A DNA stretch of 62,486 nt, filler included, from Sphacelaria rigidula (taxonomy: Eukaryota): the NCBI GenBank assembly GCA_964200075.2. It is 7 parts of 7 records of this genome, joined end to end, with 100 filler letters (N's around TTAATTAATTAA, not from the genome) between each part and the next. Parts side by side here need not be neighbours in the genome. Positions count along the whole stretch, not along the records: positions 1 to 8,842 come from CAXNAA020009965.1; positions 8,943 to 17,784 come from CAXNAA020009966.1; 5 more parts are not named here. The stretch is one strand, 5' to 3'. Shown one piece after another: positions 1-11,763 of the stretch. The first letter of the stretch is position 1; each line of letters begins with the position of its first letter. The notes under the pieces are model-generated. The model saw only the letters and a program-made list of their open reading frames with translations, was not told the origin of the DNA and ran no database searches. A program made the translations under genes and the position numbers.

Positions 1-46
1 CCCCCTAACAAATGAGTACGCCCCCCCCCCCGCTTCCGCCTCCGCC

Positions 47-645
47 GTGTGAGGGTTGGCATCGATTGCCAACGAAGCCGCAAAACACGCCACTCACTGC
101 GTAAGCTACGCACCCAGGTTACCATTTCTTTCTCGATTGGGTTTTGTTGTGGTAACCATGACGGCGGTCGAGTTAGATCATATTGCGCCGGGTGGGAGAA
201 CCTTAATTCCGCGCAAAGGGGACGATCGTACTACGTATGATAGTATTTTCATGGTGAGACACCGTTTTCGCAGTGTAAGTCATGGCTGTCTAGACATAGC
301 AATAGCAGGAAATGAAGTAACTCATACAAGGTTGTCATTAATATTCGAGATAATTATGATTATTATAGTACGCTCCAAGCCGAACAATCTTAGCAGGATA
401 CCGGTCACCTCTCACGCGACTCGCCGGACACATCACAGTGCCTGGCACTTGGCGTTCGGCGCTTGGTTATTGATTGCGAGCCTGATCCGGCAAAACCCGG
501 CGTACTCCGTGCCCGCGGCGTAGCGATGCGAGATCAAAAGTCTGATAGTCTTATGGTCTTTTAGTCTTTCAATCTTATGGTCTCACGGTCTTATGGTCTT
601 ATGACCACGGCGAGCAAGATCATGAGTACCCCCCTACCCCCCCTC
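47..645 (+). mobile_element. ~520-600-bp non-autonomous retroposon (family B), poly(C)-ended
   Basis: Colinear with 44773-45290 (+) and 22736-23246 (-). Starts GGTTGGCATCGATTGCCAA and ends GCAAGATCATGAGTAC-CCCCC. Carries an internal (ATGGTCTT)n expansion at ~545-605. Preceded by a family A tail (AACAAATGAGTACGCCCC) at 7-31. Confidence 0.7.
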
Positions 646-799
646 CTTGCCGAGGGACAATTCCATGGTGTGCTCTCGAGAGATTAATCCATCTCTTCTC
701 GGCTACAGTACTACTTTACTTTCCTGGAAGTAAATTCTACTATCAAAGATGAGATTAGCCCCTCTACAGCCCCTCTTCAGACCGTCGACTTCCTCCGAC

Positions 800-1180
800 C
801 GCCTTGTGTCGATTGCTCACTCACGTCCTCACGGCATTGGACAACGGAAACTAGTTGAACGACTACACCTGAACCATCCTGTGGGGTCTCGAACCCACGA
901 CATCGGCGCAAGCTGACGCTATACCTACCGGTAAGGCTCACACCCATCAGGGCGCGGTGGACAATCAAGCCTTCAAGTACAGAGCACTATGTATACAGTA
1001 CCGTAGACCACCCAGTATAAGTATTAGGCATTTTGCAGGTTGGATTATTTGGTACAAAAACAAGCTCCGTGATGCCGAGAACATCCCGTGTCTACACAAA
1101 CATGTACATCGACGACATACTTGCTCAGACCTCTCTACCACATAAATCAAATCTCGGCGGCGGCGTCACTATAAAGTGCG
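800..1180 (+). pseudogene. Degenerate Ty1/copia RNase H C-terminus
   Basis: Across frameshifts: WTTETS (cf. STTEAE), VDNQA, ISIRHF (cf. HIDIRHHF), RVYTNMYIDDILAQTSLP (cf. V.T....ADILTK.L). Confidence 0.55.
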
Positions 1181-1234
1181 AAAAACTCGAGGCAGAACAA
1201 TGCTCATCAGAGTGCAGGCAGACGTGGGGGGCAG

Positions 1235-1779
1235 TATTGTCCGTCTACAACTAGCAAGAACGACCGGGGCAAAGGGGGGCTATTCACAGACAGTGGCAGA
1301 GTTAGGTGCACAGTGTTGCAATTTTAGACAGGACAGTCTAAGTTCTTTGTGTGTGATTGAAATCGCCGCTTAAAGATACTGTACAGCATAAGCGGCACGA
1401 CTTGAATGTTATTTGTTACGGTTCAGGTGAAACTGTAAACCATGTATGTGTCGCTTCACTGTACCTTTTTCATGGTAATATAGGGTACGTTTTTAAGATC
1501 TTTTGGTTTACGTACAGCATTGGTTTTTGTCCGGAGAGTGGAAAGTGTTGAGGCTCGCTCTCGCTCGCCCCTCGCTTCTCACTCTCCCCAGCAACCCAGT
1601 TTTGCCTCCACAGCTCTCTCTTGCAAAAGAGGCTGTTTGATATTTTAGGCCAGAAGCGCCGAACGACACTATTTTGATTTTACTACACTGGCTCCTCACA
1701 TGTAGCTTTACCGCTATAGTCCAAGCATCTGCTTAACTGTCCAGTGAGACAGTGCCGTCCCAGCGAATAATTTCCAACA
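1235..1779 (+). mobile_element. Putative copia LTR (5' boundary uncertain: TATTG 1235 or TGTTG 1546)
   Basis: Ends in CAACA (1775-1779), directly followed by a PBS-like motif. G-rich PPT-like GTGGGGGGCAG precedes 1235, and purine-rich GGAGAGTGGAAAG precedes 1546. Confidence 0.55.
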
Positions 1780-1791
1780 GGTTTTGAGCCT
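1780..1791 (+). promoter_or_regulatory. Primer-binding site, half-tRNAi-Met type
   Basis: GGTTTTGAGCCT abutting CAACA resembles the GGTTATGAGCCC PBS of Ty5/copia-type elements primed by the initiator tRNA anticodon half. Confidence 0.55.
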
Positions 1792-1990
1792 TCGACTCGC
1801 CGGCTTCGATTCGCGACCACCTAGGTCTTCAGGTCATCAGCCTTTGAGTCAAGACGACATCGGCCAGCACGAGCGAGGAGGTGTCATATCAAGGTCGCCA
1901 CAGCAGCGACAATCAAGAGTCTAAGAACCCTGATCTTTCCGAAAGATCTGCACGTGTGAAGAGAATAATTTCATTAGTAACGTGAGGCAG

Positions 1991-3020
1991 ATGAATATCT
2001 CGGGAGAGCCATCTGTAACTCGGCTCATCAAGAGCATCAACAAGTTCGACGGTACAAAGTTCGTCGAGTGGATGCGCTCCACGCGCGCTATCATTTCTTT
2101 AACTCACCCAGGGATTGCGGATATCCTCAACGGGGTCGAACGCCCCGCGGAATTAGAAGATTTTTCTGAGGTAGATCTTCCCCAACCAGCTGCCACAAGA
2201 CCTACCCCTGCTAGAATTCGTTCTCAAACCACCCGCCAGCAGTCGTCCGTTTGACCGCACTTCTCACCGGCGGAGGCAACCGCGGGGGACGAGACGATTG
2301 CAGCGGTGGATGGGACTGGACCTACCGAAGAAGACCATCATTTTTCACGAGAGTCTCGTTCTCCAAGCGTGATGTCACATGTAAGGCGGGTTTCTAACAC
2401 GCGTGAGATAGAAAGTTGGGACCGATGCAATCGGCAATTGTTCCACGTCTTGTATCTGTCTACAACTGGTCCTGCGGCGAGTTATTTGTTGCGTTTCTAG
2501 CCGAAGGGTTCAGAGAGACCAAACGGCAAACGTGCATGGGAGGATTTGATTTCCAAGTATCAAAATTCTTCGAAGCAGAGAATCAGGATCTTGATGAGAG
2601 AACTTAACAGCGTCACTATGTCACCAGGGCAAGACCCTGATACTTTCTTGAGCAAAGTGTATCAGCTTCGGGACGAACTGGACAACGTTGGCGAGACCAT
2701 TTCCGAAGAAAGGCTAACTGACATAGTGATCGAAGGTTTAACAAGTGAGGATGACCTCATCAAGTACAATGCGGAGCGTGATTCAGATGTCAGTATTCAG
2801 AGCATCGAAACAACAATGCGAAATATGTATGCTAATCGCATGGCGCGGAGATATACCTCCGGGAAATCGCACGGACGCGATTCATCACTGCTGGTGACAT
2901 CACTGTCGAAATATTTGAATCAACCCCAGAAATTCCGCGGAGATTGCTAGACCTGCGGGAAACCAGGGCATCAGGCCAGAGACTGTCGCTCGCAAATAGG
3001 TGGGAGTTCGAAGAAATCTG
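1991..3020 (+). pseudogene. gag: Ty1/copia gag pseudogene (UBN2-type gag plus CCHC zinc knuckle)
   Basis: ORFs 1982, 2306 and 2546 share one frame, split by stops at 2252, 2498 and 2948: KFDGTKFVEW, AWEDLISKY, ELNSVTMSPGQDPDTFL, L..VGETIS, IVIEGL, C*TCGKPGHQARDC. Confidence 0.88.
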
Positions 3021-5864
3021 AGGTTTGTGTTGGCGGATGACGAATTATAGGTTCAGGTCACGGAGTGGCGGATGACGACACAGCAGGATGGTAGGGATCA
3101 CTGTGAGAGAACAAAATGCACCTCCGCCCACCCTCGCTCAGTTATGTTCAGTCCCCAAGCCCAAAATGCACTCCGCGCTCGCCAATAGTGAGCAAGGCAA
3201 CGAACAGGCACAGGTGCAAGACAGTCAAGTACAGTATAAGTGGTGGTTCTCAAACGTGTTCGAATCAATTTGGGTACAACACAAGACGACAGAAGCTGCG
3301 CGAACACCCAGACAAGGACAGCACCGCCGATAGAGAGTCGGGATCGGCGTCTCAACAGCCAGTTCCCTCAACAGGCTGAGCTGCGCTGCCCGCGGTACAC
3401 GAGATGTAGGTTTCCATAACGCGATGTCACCCACCCCGGTGCAGCAGGGGTAGCGGCAACCACGGCGGGAGGTGCGAGGGCAACGGGAGTTTAATCCGCC
3501 GACTACACCAAAGACCCAACAAACCCAATTTTGAAAATTAAAAAAATAGAATAATTCAGCAACGGGGGTCGGTGAGGAATACAGTCAAGGAACAGTGAGG
3601 GTGGGGGCGAGGGAAGCGGGAGGAGGAACATGCGATACCAGCGCCGCACCTACCAGCGCCGAGGCTTGCTGGTAGGTGCGGGCCCTGCTGCTCAGCGAGG
3701 GGGCCGATCGAAAAGCTTTTTGTACCAAGCACGGCCGAAGAAGAGCTTGTTGTGTCGCATCTTTGTTCACTGACCCGCGCGACAGATCGGTGCGCATGAC
3801 CGGAACAACTCGACTTGGCCCGGGCGTCCTACACTACTTGGTGAGGATAGAAGTACCAACGCAGCACGCCTGTATACACGGAGTAGAGGTACACCCAATC
3901 GATAGCACATTACCCCAACTCCTCAGTACTATTTGCATGAGAAGTTGACTCAGTTGGGCATATCAAACCCGTTGTACCCACGTCGTGATCGCAAGTTAAT
4001 CGCTCCAAGGAGGGGTGCAAATCTGGAATTCAGAAAGATCGATACGAAGCACCCGCGGTCTAACCTTGACAGTGCACATAATACCCAGCGCCCAAAAATT
4101 GACACCCACACAGCAATGCCCACCGCTACCGACAGCCCCGAGGAGCTCTACGCAACACGGAAGTGATGCCCTTCCCTCCCCCGCCCAAATATGACCTCAG
4201 TTTTGGCCGGCCGTTGCAAAGTATTGGGCAACGATTTGAACGCCTGGGGACCTGAATATATATATATATATATATTATAAAAAACATTTAACAGGAGGAT
4301 AAAAGCTGCTGCTCGTGTTGTTGTGCGTCTCGTTGCAGTATATTGTGCTATCTTTCAACTCTATTTTCTCGGCAACGAAGCAGAGGATTGGACTGTGGTT
4401 TGATGCATGCGCTTCCCACACACCAAAACTGAAAAAGTAAATAATAAGCAGGTTTCCGTGACGCGTGCGGTGGAGGCCGCAGCACTTGGCAAACCGCTGC
4501 ACCAAACACAAGAGCAAACACGAGATGTACTGAAAACGCGTTACCTGCAACGTTTTGGGGCTTTTCGGATCCGCCGTGGCGAATTGAGCAACTCCGCCGC
4601 CACACTGAATAGATCTAGGGTGTGTACGGGGGTCTGTTTAGTGCCACAGGCCGGTTTGCTTCCTGTCTCGAGGAATGCACGAAAGAGAAGAAGAAAAAAA
4701 AGCCGTCGCATACTAAACCCAGATAACTTGGGATGGAGCATGTGTTATGCTCGGCAGAGGTTCGGCAGAGGTCCGAACAGTCCATGCTGTCTTCAAATCG
4801 TCTTCAATATTCCCCCGCGTCCATTTGATATTTTGTGGTGAACGGGTTTTTGGTTGGTAAGGCCTTCATAAACCCTCATAACTATGGTGTGTCCAGACCG
4901 AGCCAAGAAACAAAAACTCCCCGACAGAGTTGCCTGAGCTGCTGATCTGATGTTGTGTTTCGAAAAGCAGTAGTCGACACGCAGTGCCGTCCTGTCAAAG
5001 TTGGAAAAAAAAAAAAAAAAGTCATGATGTGGGGGATGTTTTGAATTTTCGCAACGAAAAAGACGCCTCGTGCCCAGACTCATCATCCGTGTTCTGTAGC
5101 TGATACGATAAGGTGGTGCGTTAAAACCCTGCGAAGACAGCTTGATCTGCGACGGGGATAGTGTGAACTGCTGTACTGTTATTAGGGTATATTGAACGGA
5201 TGGATCATCTCTGAAACCAGTTATGTGATCCGTGCCCACAGTTGTATCCTGTAGTGTCGTGATAATAACTTTTGGACGGGGATAGAAGTATATTGCTGGA
5301 GCACTACCAGGATCGGTGACTCCTCATTTCTTTCACGGTGAGGCTAGAAGTACTGACGCAGCGAGTATAAAAGAGACAGTCGTACACGGTAAGGATAGCA
5401 GGCTTCGTCAATCGGTCAGGATAGACTCTCGCATGAGTTCCATAGCAATGTCAGGACGCATAGCGGTACAAGTACAGGTCGATACAAACTGTCCCTCGCC
5501 ACATCGTGCCCGCAGGTTCACCGCCCCAAAACATGGATCCGACCTGGAAGGCAGATAGGCCAGTAGGCAGGACAACTTGCTTGAGACTTGAGACATTGAC
5601 GAAAACACGGCGTCGAGCCTCTAGAATCGGCAGAAACACATCAACTGGTAGGATCCAATGAACTTCCCCGTACGACCCTGCCCAACTCCGACAACATGGT
5701 GATAACCCATCCCAACCGACGTACAAAACAGGAGAATAGCAGCCTAGAAACGAAAAAAAAAAAAGAAAAGGCCGTGTGTACGATGTGCCATATACCGGGT
5801 AAGAAAATGAACAACACTTCACCATATCCCGATAAGTGTACTTGGTAGCACAAGCCCAAGTGTT

Positions 5865-6830
5865 GGTGGTACAAGCCGAGTGCAGACCCACAATTGGTCA
5901 ATCGAAGCGCGTAACACTACCCAGAGAGAAGAAGAAACGAGGACAATTCCTTATCACCTCCCGTCTCAAGCCGGGACAGGTTCCAAGTATTGGTACAAGC
6001 CAAGTGCAGACCCACAATTGGTCAACCGAAGCGCGTACTAGTACCTGGAGAGAAGAAACGAGGTCATTTCCTTGTCACCTCCCGTCTATAGTCGGGATAG
6101 ATTCCGAGTACTAGTACAAGCCAAGTGCAGACCCAGAATGGGTCAACCGAAGCGCGTACTAGTACCTGGAGAGAAGAAGAAACGAGGTCATTTCCTTGTC
6201 ACCCCCCGTCTATAGGCGGGATAGATCCCGAGTATTAGTACAAGCCAAGTGCAGACCCAGAATTGGTCAACCGAAGCGCGTACTAGTACCTGGAGAGAAG
6301 AAACGAGGTCATTTCCTTGTAACCTCCCGTCTGTAGTCGGGATAGATTCCGAGTATTAGTACAAGCCGAGTGCAGACGCACAAGGGGTCAATCGAAGCAC
6401 GTACTATTACCGGGAGAGAAGAAGAAACGAGGTCATTTCCTTGTCACCCCGCGTCAACAGTCGGGACAAAATCGAGTAATAGTGCACGCCGAGTGCAGAC
6501 GCATAATGGGTCAATCGAAGCACGTACTATTACCGGCAAAGAAGAAACGAGGTCATTTCCTTGTCACCCCGCGTCAACAGTCGGGACAAACTCGAGTAAT
6601 GGTGCACGCCGAGTGCAGACGCATAATGGGTCAATCGAAGCGCGTACTAGTACCGGGAGAGAAGAAGAAACGAGGTCATTTCCTTGTCACCCGGCGTCAA
6701 CAGTCGGGACAAAACTCGAGTAATGGTGCACGCCGAGTGCAGACTCAAAATGGGTCAACCGAACCGCGTACTAGTACCCCAGCAAAAAAAAAACGAGGTC
6801 ATTTCCTTGTCAACCCCCTCCAAAAGTGCT
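5865..6830 (+). repeat. Tandem array of about 8 units of ~120-125 bp
   Basis: Unit GCC(A/G)AGTGCAGAC..TCAA(C/T)CGAAGCGCGTACTA..GAAGAAACGAGGTCATTTCCTTGTCACC repeats at ~5869, 5992, 6113, 6238, 6359, 6481, 6601 and 6725. Translates as ~40-aa repeats (RVQTHNGSIEART..EETRSFPCHP). Confidence 0.93.
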
Positions 6831-6944
6831 GGACGGAACAAACCTGAGTAGGATAGAAGTAAACGACGGGTCGACGTCTTCAACGTCTCGCGCAGGGTCA
6901 CAATACATACACGAAAAAAAAATTGAAACCAGGTTGCGAACACA

Positions 6945-8842
6945 TTAAGAAATGGCAACAACATGCACAAAATTATTGAGAATATGCAACAGAAACCTTG
7001 AAGACGTAGCGGGAAGGCTCGGCGGCACTCTGGTGTCACCGCCGATGAACCTCTGTGAAGTCCAACACCATTTTGGAGAAGTAGAACGTTTCCCGGAAAC
7101 AGACGAACTTATGAACATTGAAGAAATGGCAACAGCATGCTCAGAATTCATGAGACTGTACAATTGGAACCTTGGAGACGTAGCGGGAAGGCTCGACGGC
7201 ACTCTGGTGTCACCGCCGATGAACCTCCGTGAAGTCCAACACCATTTTGGAGAAGTAGAATGTTTCCCACAAATAGAGAAACTTACGAACATACTCGAAC
7301 ACGGTGTACCGATAGACACGACAGATACTGCACCGGAGTTGAGACGAGCACTCGAATCTGGTAACCACAGTAGTATCGACGGTCACACCCAACATGTCTA
7401 AAAATAACGGAAGACGCGAGGAGGAACTGACGTTTGGGTGGTAGCCGATCAGCGGCCACAGAAATTAGGCACTTACGAGTAGGTCCACTATGAGTAGTTG
7501 TCACTACAAGGTCCGCATCATCATGAATTTCGTTCGACATCGCACCCAGTAAATGTACCGATTGGGATACCCCTGCGAAGGCTTTGGGGTACATAATCAA
7601 CACTCACAGCATGCGTATTTCTGTACCCACCCAAACGATTAAAAAAAAGAAAGAAAAAGAAAACGCGAGTTGTTGAAACGCGAATGGTCCCAGGACAGGT
7701 CGCATGCTTTCGTCGCTGACATCATGAGTGTGGCCAAAAACAAACTATGGAACCTCACCTAGGTTATCCGAGCCGGTGAATTATTTTGTTTGGCAGCTGT
7801 TACGAGTATCCGGTCTACATCGGGCCAGTTGTGGAAAACAGGACAAGAAGAGAACAAATGAAGCTTGGGTGGAAATTCCATGGTGATATATCTTCGTGGA
7901 AATGAGCAATCGATCATCAATTACCTGACCAAGGAGAAGCTCTGAGCGCCTCCCTGATTTCCCAGGTAGATAGGCCGGCCTCACGACGATATTTTACGGG
8001 CGCCAGCTCCAGTGCTGTTGGACGATACTGCCCAGAGTTGAAGATACTCTGGGGATACCTTTCCCCCCGCTCTCACGTCGGAACTAGTCCGAAAAGCAAA
8101 ACGTCATAAAAAACTGGTTCATCACCATCAATCTCGTAGAATCGTGCGGTATAATGATGACGGCGTGCGTTAACCAGATGTTTCTTTTAAGGGAAAAGCC
8201 ACAGAACCGGGAGAACTAGTATTGATATGGGGCGACAACGCCTCAGCGATATCGTGGATGAAGCAATGTGGGGTTCAAGACAGACGTGTTGGTTCCCTCA
8301 ATAAAATCGTGGGTCGCATGGAAATGACATCTGGATGATGTCCAATAGCAGAACACACTCGAGGTATTGACAATTGTCTTGGCCTACAGAATTCCGAGAT
8401 AGCCTGCGGAACAAGTTCAATTGACAGGAGAACAGGGCTTGGAATATTACGACATCGGTCCCCGGGGGAAACCTATATTCGACGTGGACCTCCAAGAATA
8501 ACCCGCTGCCGAAAAGACGACTGGACGATGAGTTGTGGTCAGTCGTCAATGAAGATATGAATTAACAAAGGATGTAATCGCCACTTGCGCCGCCCCGTTT
8601 GGCATCATACCTCCCTTCCCCTCATTTTCTGTCCCCCTCAATTCTCACCAGGAGAACAACACGGCCAGTAAATTGATGTCGAGGGCTAGTACGAACGTTA
8701 GCTCCCGCGTCCGTCGGTAGTAGTACCAAGAAGGGTCACACGGGGCAATTCGAGACATGGGCAAAAAATGGAGAAAAGCTTGGGGGGAGCAGGCCTTCTT
8801 ACGAGGAGAAGATGGAGGGCTATCTGCAATGACCTACCCCCC
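6945..8842 (+). mobile_element. Degenerate DIRS/Ngaro-like tyrosine-recombinase retrotransposon (RT leader, partial RT, RNase H, possible YR start)
   Basis: LEHGVP..ELRRALESGNHSS, EIRHLRVGPL, KVRII (N-terminal RT). RNase H: GASSSAVGRYCPELK, ITINLVE, LIWGDNASAISW, AEHTRGIDNCL. SVGSSTKKGHTGQFETW near the contig end. Many stops and frameshifts. A ~174-bp direct duplication sits at 6945-7300. Confidence 0.7.
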
Positions 8843-8942
8843 NNNNNNNNNNNNNNNNNNNNNNNNNNNNNNNNNNNNNNNNNNNNTTAATTAATTAANN
8901 NNNNNNNNNNNNNNNNNNNNNNNNNNNNNNNNNNNNNNNNNN
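8843..8942. other. Artificial contig linker (N44-TTAATTAATTAA-N44)
   Basis: 100-nt N/six-frame-stop spacer, identical at six positions about 8.94 kb apart. Confidence 0.98.
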
Positions 8943-11622
8943 CGCAACCTTCCCCTAGTTTTTCCCCACCCTCCATAACACAAGTTGGGGCACGGAATCA
9001 CATCCAACCCCCCTCCCCCCCCCCCCCCCATAAACGGTAAAAACGAGCGTAAGAAATTACGCCTACACGTTGGCGACCTCTTGCTTGATCTAGGTTCAGC
9101 TGCTTGAATTTTCGCTGCTTTACGGTCAACAACAGCCGGAGAAATGAAGGGAACGAGCAAATGTCCCGTGATCGTAGGCACTATTTTCGTAGGGGCGGCG
9201 AGGAACCGAATTTTTTCGGCTTTAGGCCGTACTGTCTTGCTCAATTTCTCGCTCATGTCTCCAGGAGATCTCTTCGACCGTCATGTAAGGTGCGAGCCTT
9301 GGTCAGCCCTTCCCCAGCTTCGGGCTAGTTGCGCACGACTGCTCGGGGTGTACATCAAGTGTAAGCACGTAGGGCGCATCAACACAACAAGAAGCGGTGT
9401 ACTTTATTCGTCGGGGGTTGACTCCACCATATCCTATCCAATCTTCGGCCACCTATTTTGCACGTCCTAGAGGCCCAAGATTACTGGGTGTTGACAGAGA
9501 TGCCACGCTATAGTGTTGGGATCCTCTTCCGGTAGTTGTCCGCCTTGTGTGTGCGGGGGTGATCAGCTTCCCGGCTGTAGATGGGATTTTCCCCCGAACC
9601 AGTTGGCATGTTGTACATCTGTCGCGCACCACAACATGGAATGGGGGTTTACCCAGAATGTGGGAGGAGAGTGGAAAAGGGAACAACGACAGTTTGTTGG
9701 CGGATCACCTGGGGTATGTATAGGACTTGGTGCTGACGTCTGGCACAATTTCGAAATCAATCTCACTCTGATGCAAGTCGATTTCAGTCGGCCTCGTTTC
9801 GATTCGACTTTCGATTCCTCGATTCTCCGTGAAGCAGTACGTCGTGGTCAGGTTCGGGCCACGGCGCCGTGTTTATCTCCTTTTTAGCATCAAGTATATG
9901 TGTTTGAAGCAGCGCATTTTTGCTGATGGCTTGTAAAAAAAATGTTGTTGTGGATGTAATGTTGTCGTGGGTCTCTGTGGAACCAGCTTGAACAGCAGAA
10001 GTGAGCAGCAAGCATCGCTTTCCTCTCGACTAGTGTAGAGAGGGTCCACTTGCTCGAGGACATTCACTGGCTTCCTGCGGCGGAAGACTTGTCACGCCCC
10101 ATCTAGCACTGGGTGGAAGCTCCCACCGAAAACAGAATACGGTAAAGCACAAGAAGAGAGTTCTGGGCAATCATATGATCGGCTAGGAATGCTCACTACA
10201 CTGCGTGATTCCTTTCCTGTCCAGAACGGTGTCGGGGTTGATCTTCTCCGGACAGGCAGAACGTACGATCTGCCGCATTTTTTTTTTTCAGAAAGCAAAA
10301 ACGATTCACGCCTGGTTGTCGTCCGTTCCCTGTGGCCCGCCGGATCGTGAAAATGACGACGTTTCATGTACAGATATACGACGTGGTGCCTCCCAAGCGC
10401 AAAATTGGCACCGCACGTCTCCCGCCGTTGACCAACACCGGGGACACCATGTGGCATCGATCCAAGCACTACAAGGTCCTTCGCGTCAGCTCTCACTACA
10501 AGTGAGTTATGCTGCCCTGTTGCTCATGGGCGTATTTGTCTCCGTTGCAACAACCTCGAAGTTATGTACGCATGCCGTGGGCGTGTTCCTGGGCGGTGAG
10601 TAGCGCACGACAAGAGTGAGTTGAATGAAGAGGTTGTCTTCGGTGCGTGTGAAAGTGAGCGCCGGTGTCTTTTGCCGATTGCATGTGAGCAAACGTTTTT
10701 TAGTAAAACCTGGATATGTAGGCCGTGTGTATCTTGGACGTTTCCCATGCCGTTCGCCCGTCTGCCCCAAGATGTGCCGGAGGCATCGCGGTCAACAAGA
10801 CGTGAAAAGTTTCCTTTCACGTGAAATTTTGTTGATCGTGTCTGTCGCCTTGGCCAAGATCGAATCCTGCTCGTCTCTGAGCAGATGCACTGCAATGTCA
10901 TGCTTCAAGAGTTCCTCGAAATGTGTTCCTCGGGAACTTCTGCTCTACGTTGCTACCACGTGCGTGTGTGTGTGTTGTCATCCCATCTATTCTGGATGCC
11001 GGTCTGCACCTTTCGGTATGGTGGGCGCGCCTAACCACGTATTATAGATGAAGCTGTTGAAAACGTAGTCCCAATGTTGACGGCTCCTGGTCTACGGGGC
11101 AAGTCTTGGTTTTGGTTCGCGAGGTGGGACGGCCGGGTTTCTATCTTGGTCACGGTCGATCTACGGTGGAGATGATTATCAGGGTATCACTCATGGAAAA
11201 GTTCACAAAACACTCTCAATGTCGTATCGGGTGCGGCGAACGACGTGGTTATTCCAAACAGAGGGGATAGGTGTGCCTCCAGCCGCGGCACGCAGACCAG
11301 GCGGGGGTACAAGCCCTCATGATGTGGGAGTTTATGCCCACCCGTCCCCCACGGCATCGCAATGTCTCCCGCCAGCAATTGCCATTTTCACGTTTTAGCC
11401 AGCAACGTCTGGACCAATATCAGGTAAATGAGGAGAAATGTTTCCATGTCGAGTGTTCTTCTGCTGGGGTGCTTAATGTGATTTCGGCAGCTGTGATATA
11501 ACATTCTAACGGTCAAGCTTTGGTTGACGGGGATATTATCTACAGGTTATTTAGACTTTTAGACTCACCTCACCACGGGGAACGTTCCTCGGGGGATCCT
11601 TCCGGTGTGACAGCCTTCCCCA

Positions 11623-11723
11623 GATTGTGAGCCTGGTCCGGCGAAAACCCGGCGTGCTTCGTCCCGGCTTTGTAGGGAGGCGAGGTCAACGGTCATAAAA
11701 CTACGGCATGCAACATCATCCGT

Positions 11724-11763
<40 letters not shown>
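11623..11763 (+). mobile_element. 3' fragment of family B poly(C) retroposon
   Basis: GAGCCTGGTCCGGCGAAAACCCGGCGTGCT..TTTGTAGGGA..GGTCA..ACTACGGCATGCAA..GTAC followed by a long C run. Confidence 0.7.

Noticed and set aside
56-523. 155-aa ORF as a gene
   Set aside because: It lies within family B, and the frame is not preserved in the other copies.
1095-1125. YIDD as a reverse-transcriptase active site
   Set aside because: Its position after DNQA and ISIRHF fits the copia RNase H ADILTK motif better, and no other RT motifs are nearby.
5865-6830. CRISPR-like regular repeats
   Set aside because: Whole units repeat with no unique spacers, there are no cas genes, and the context is eukaryotic.
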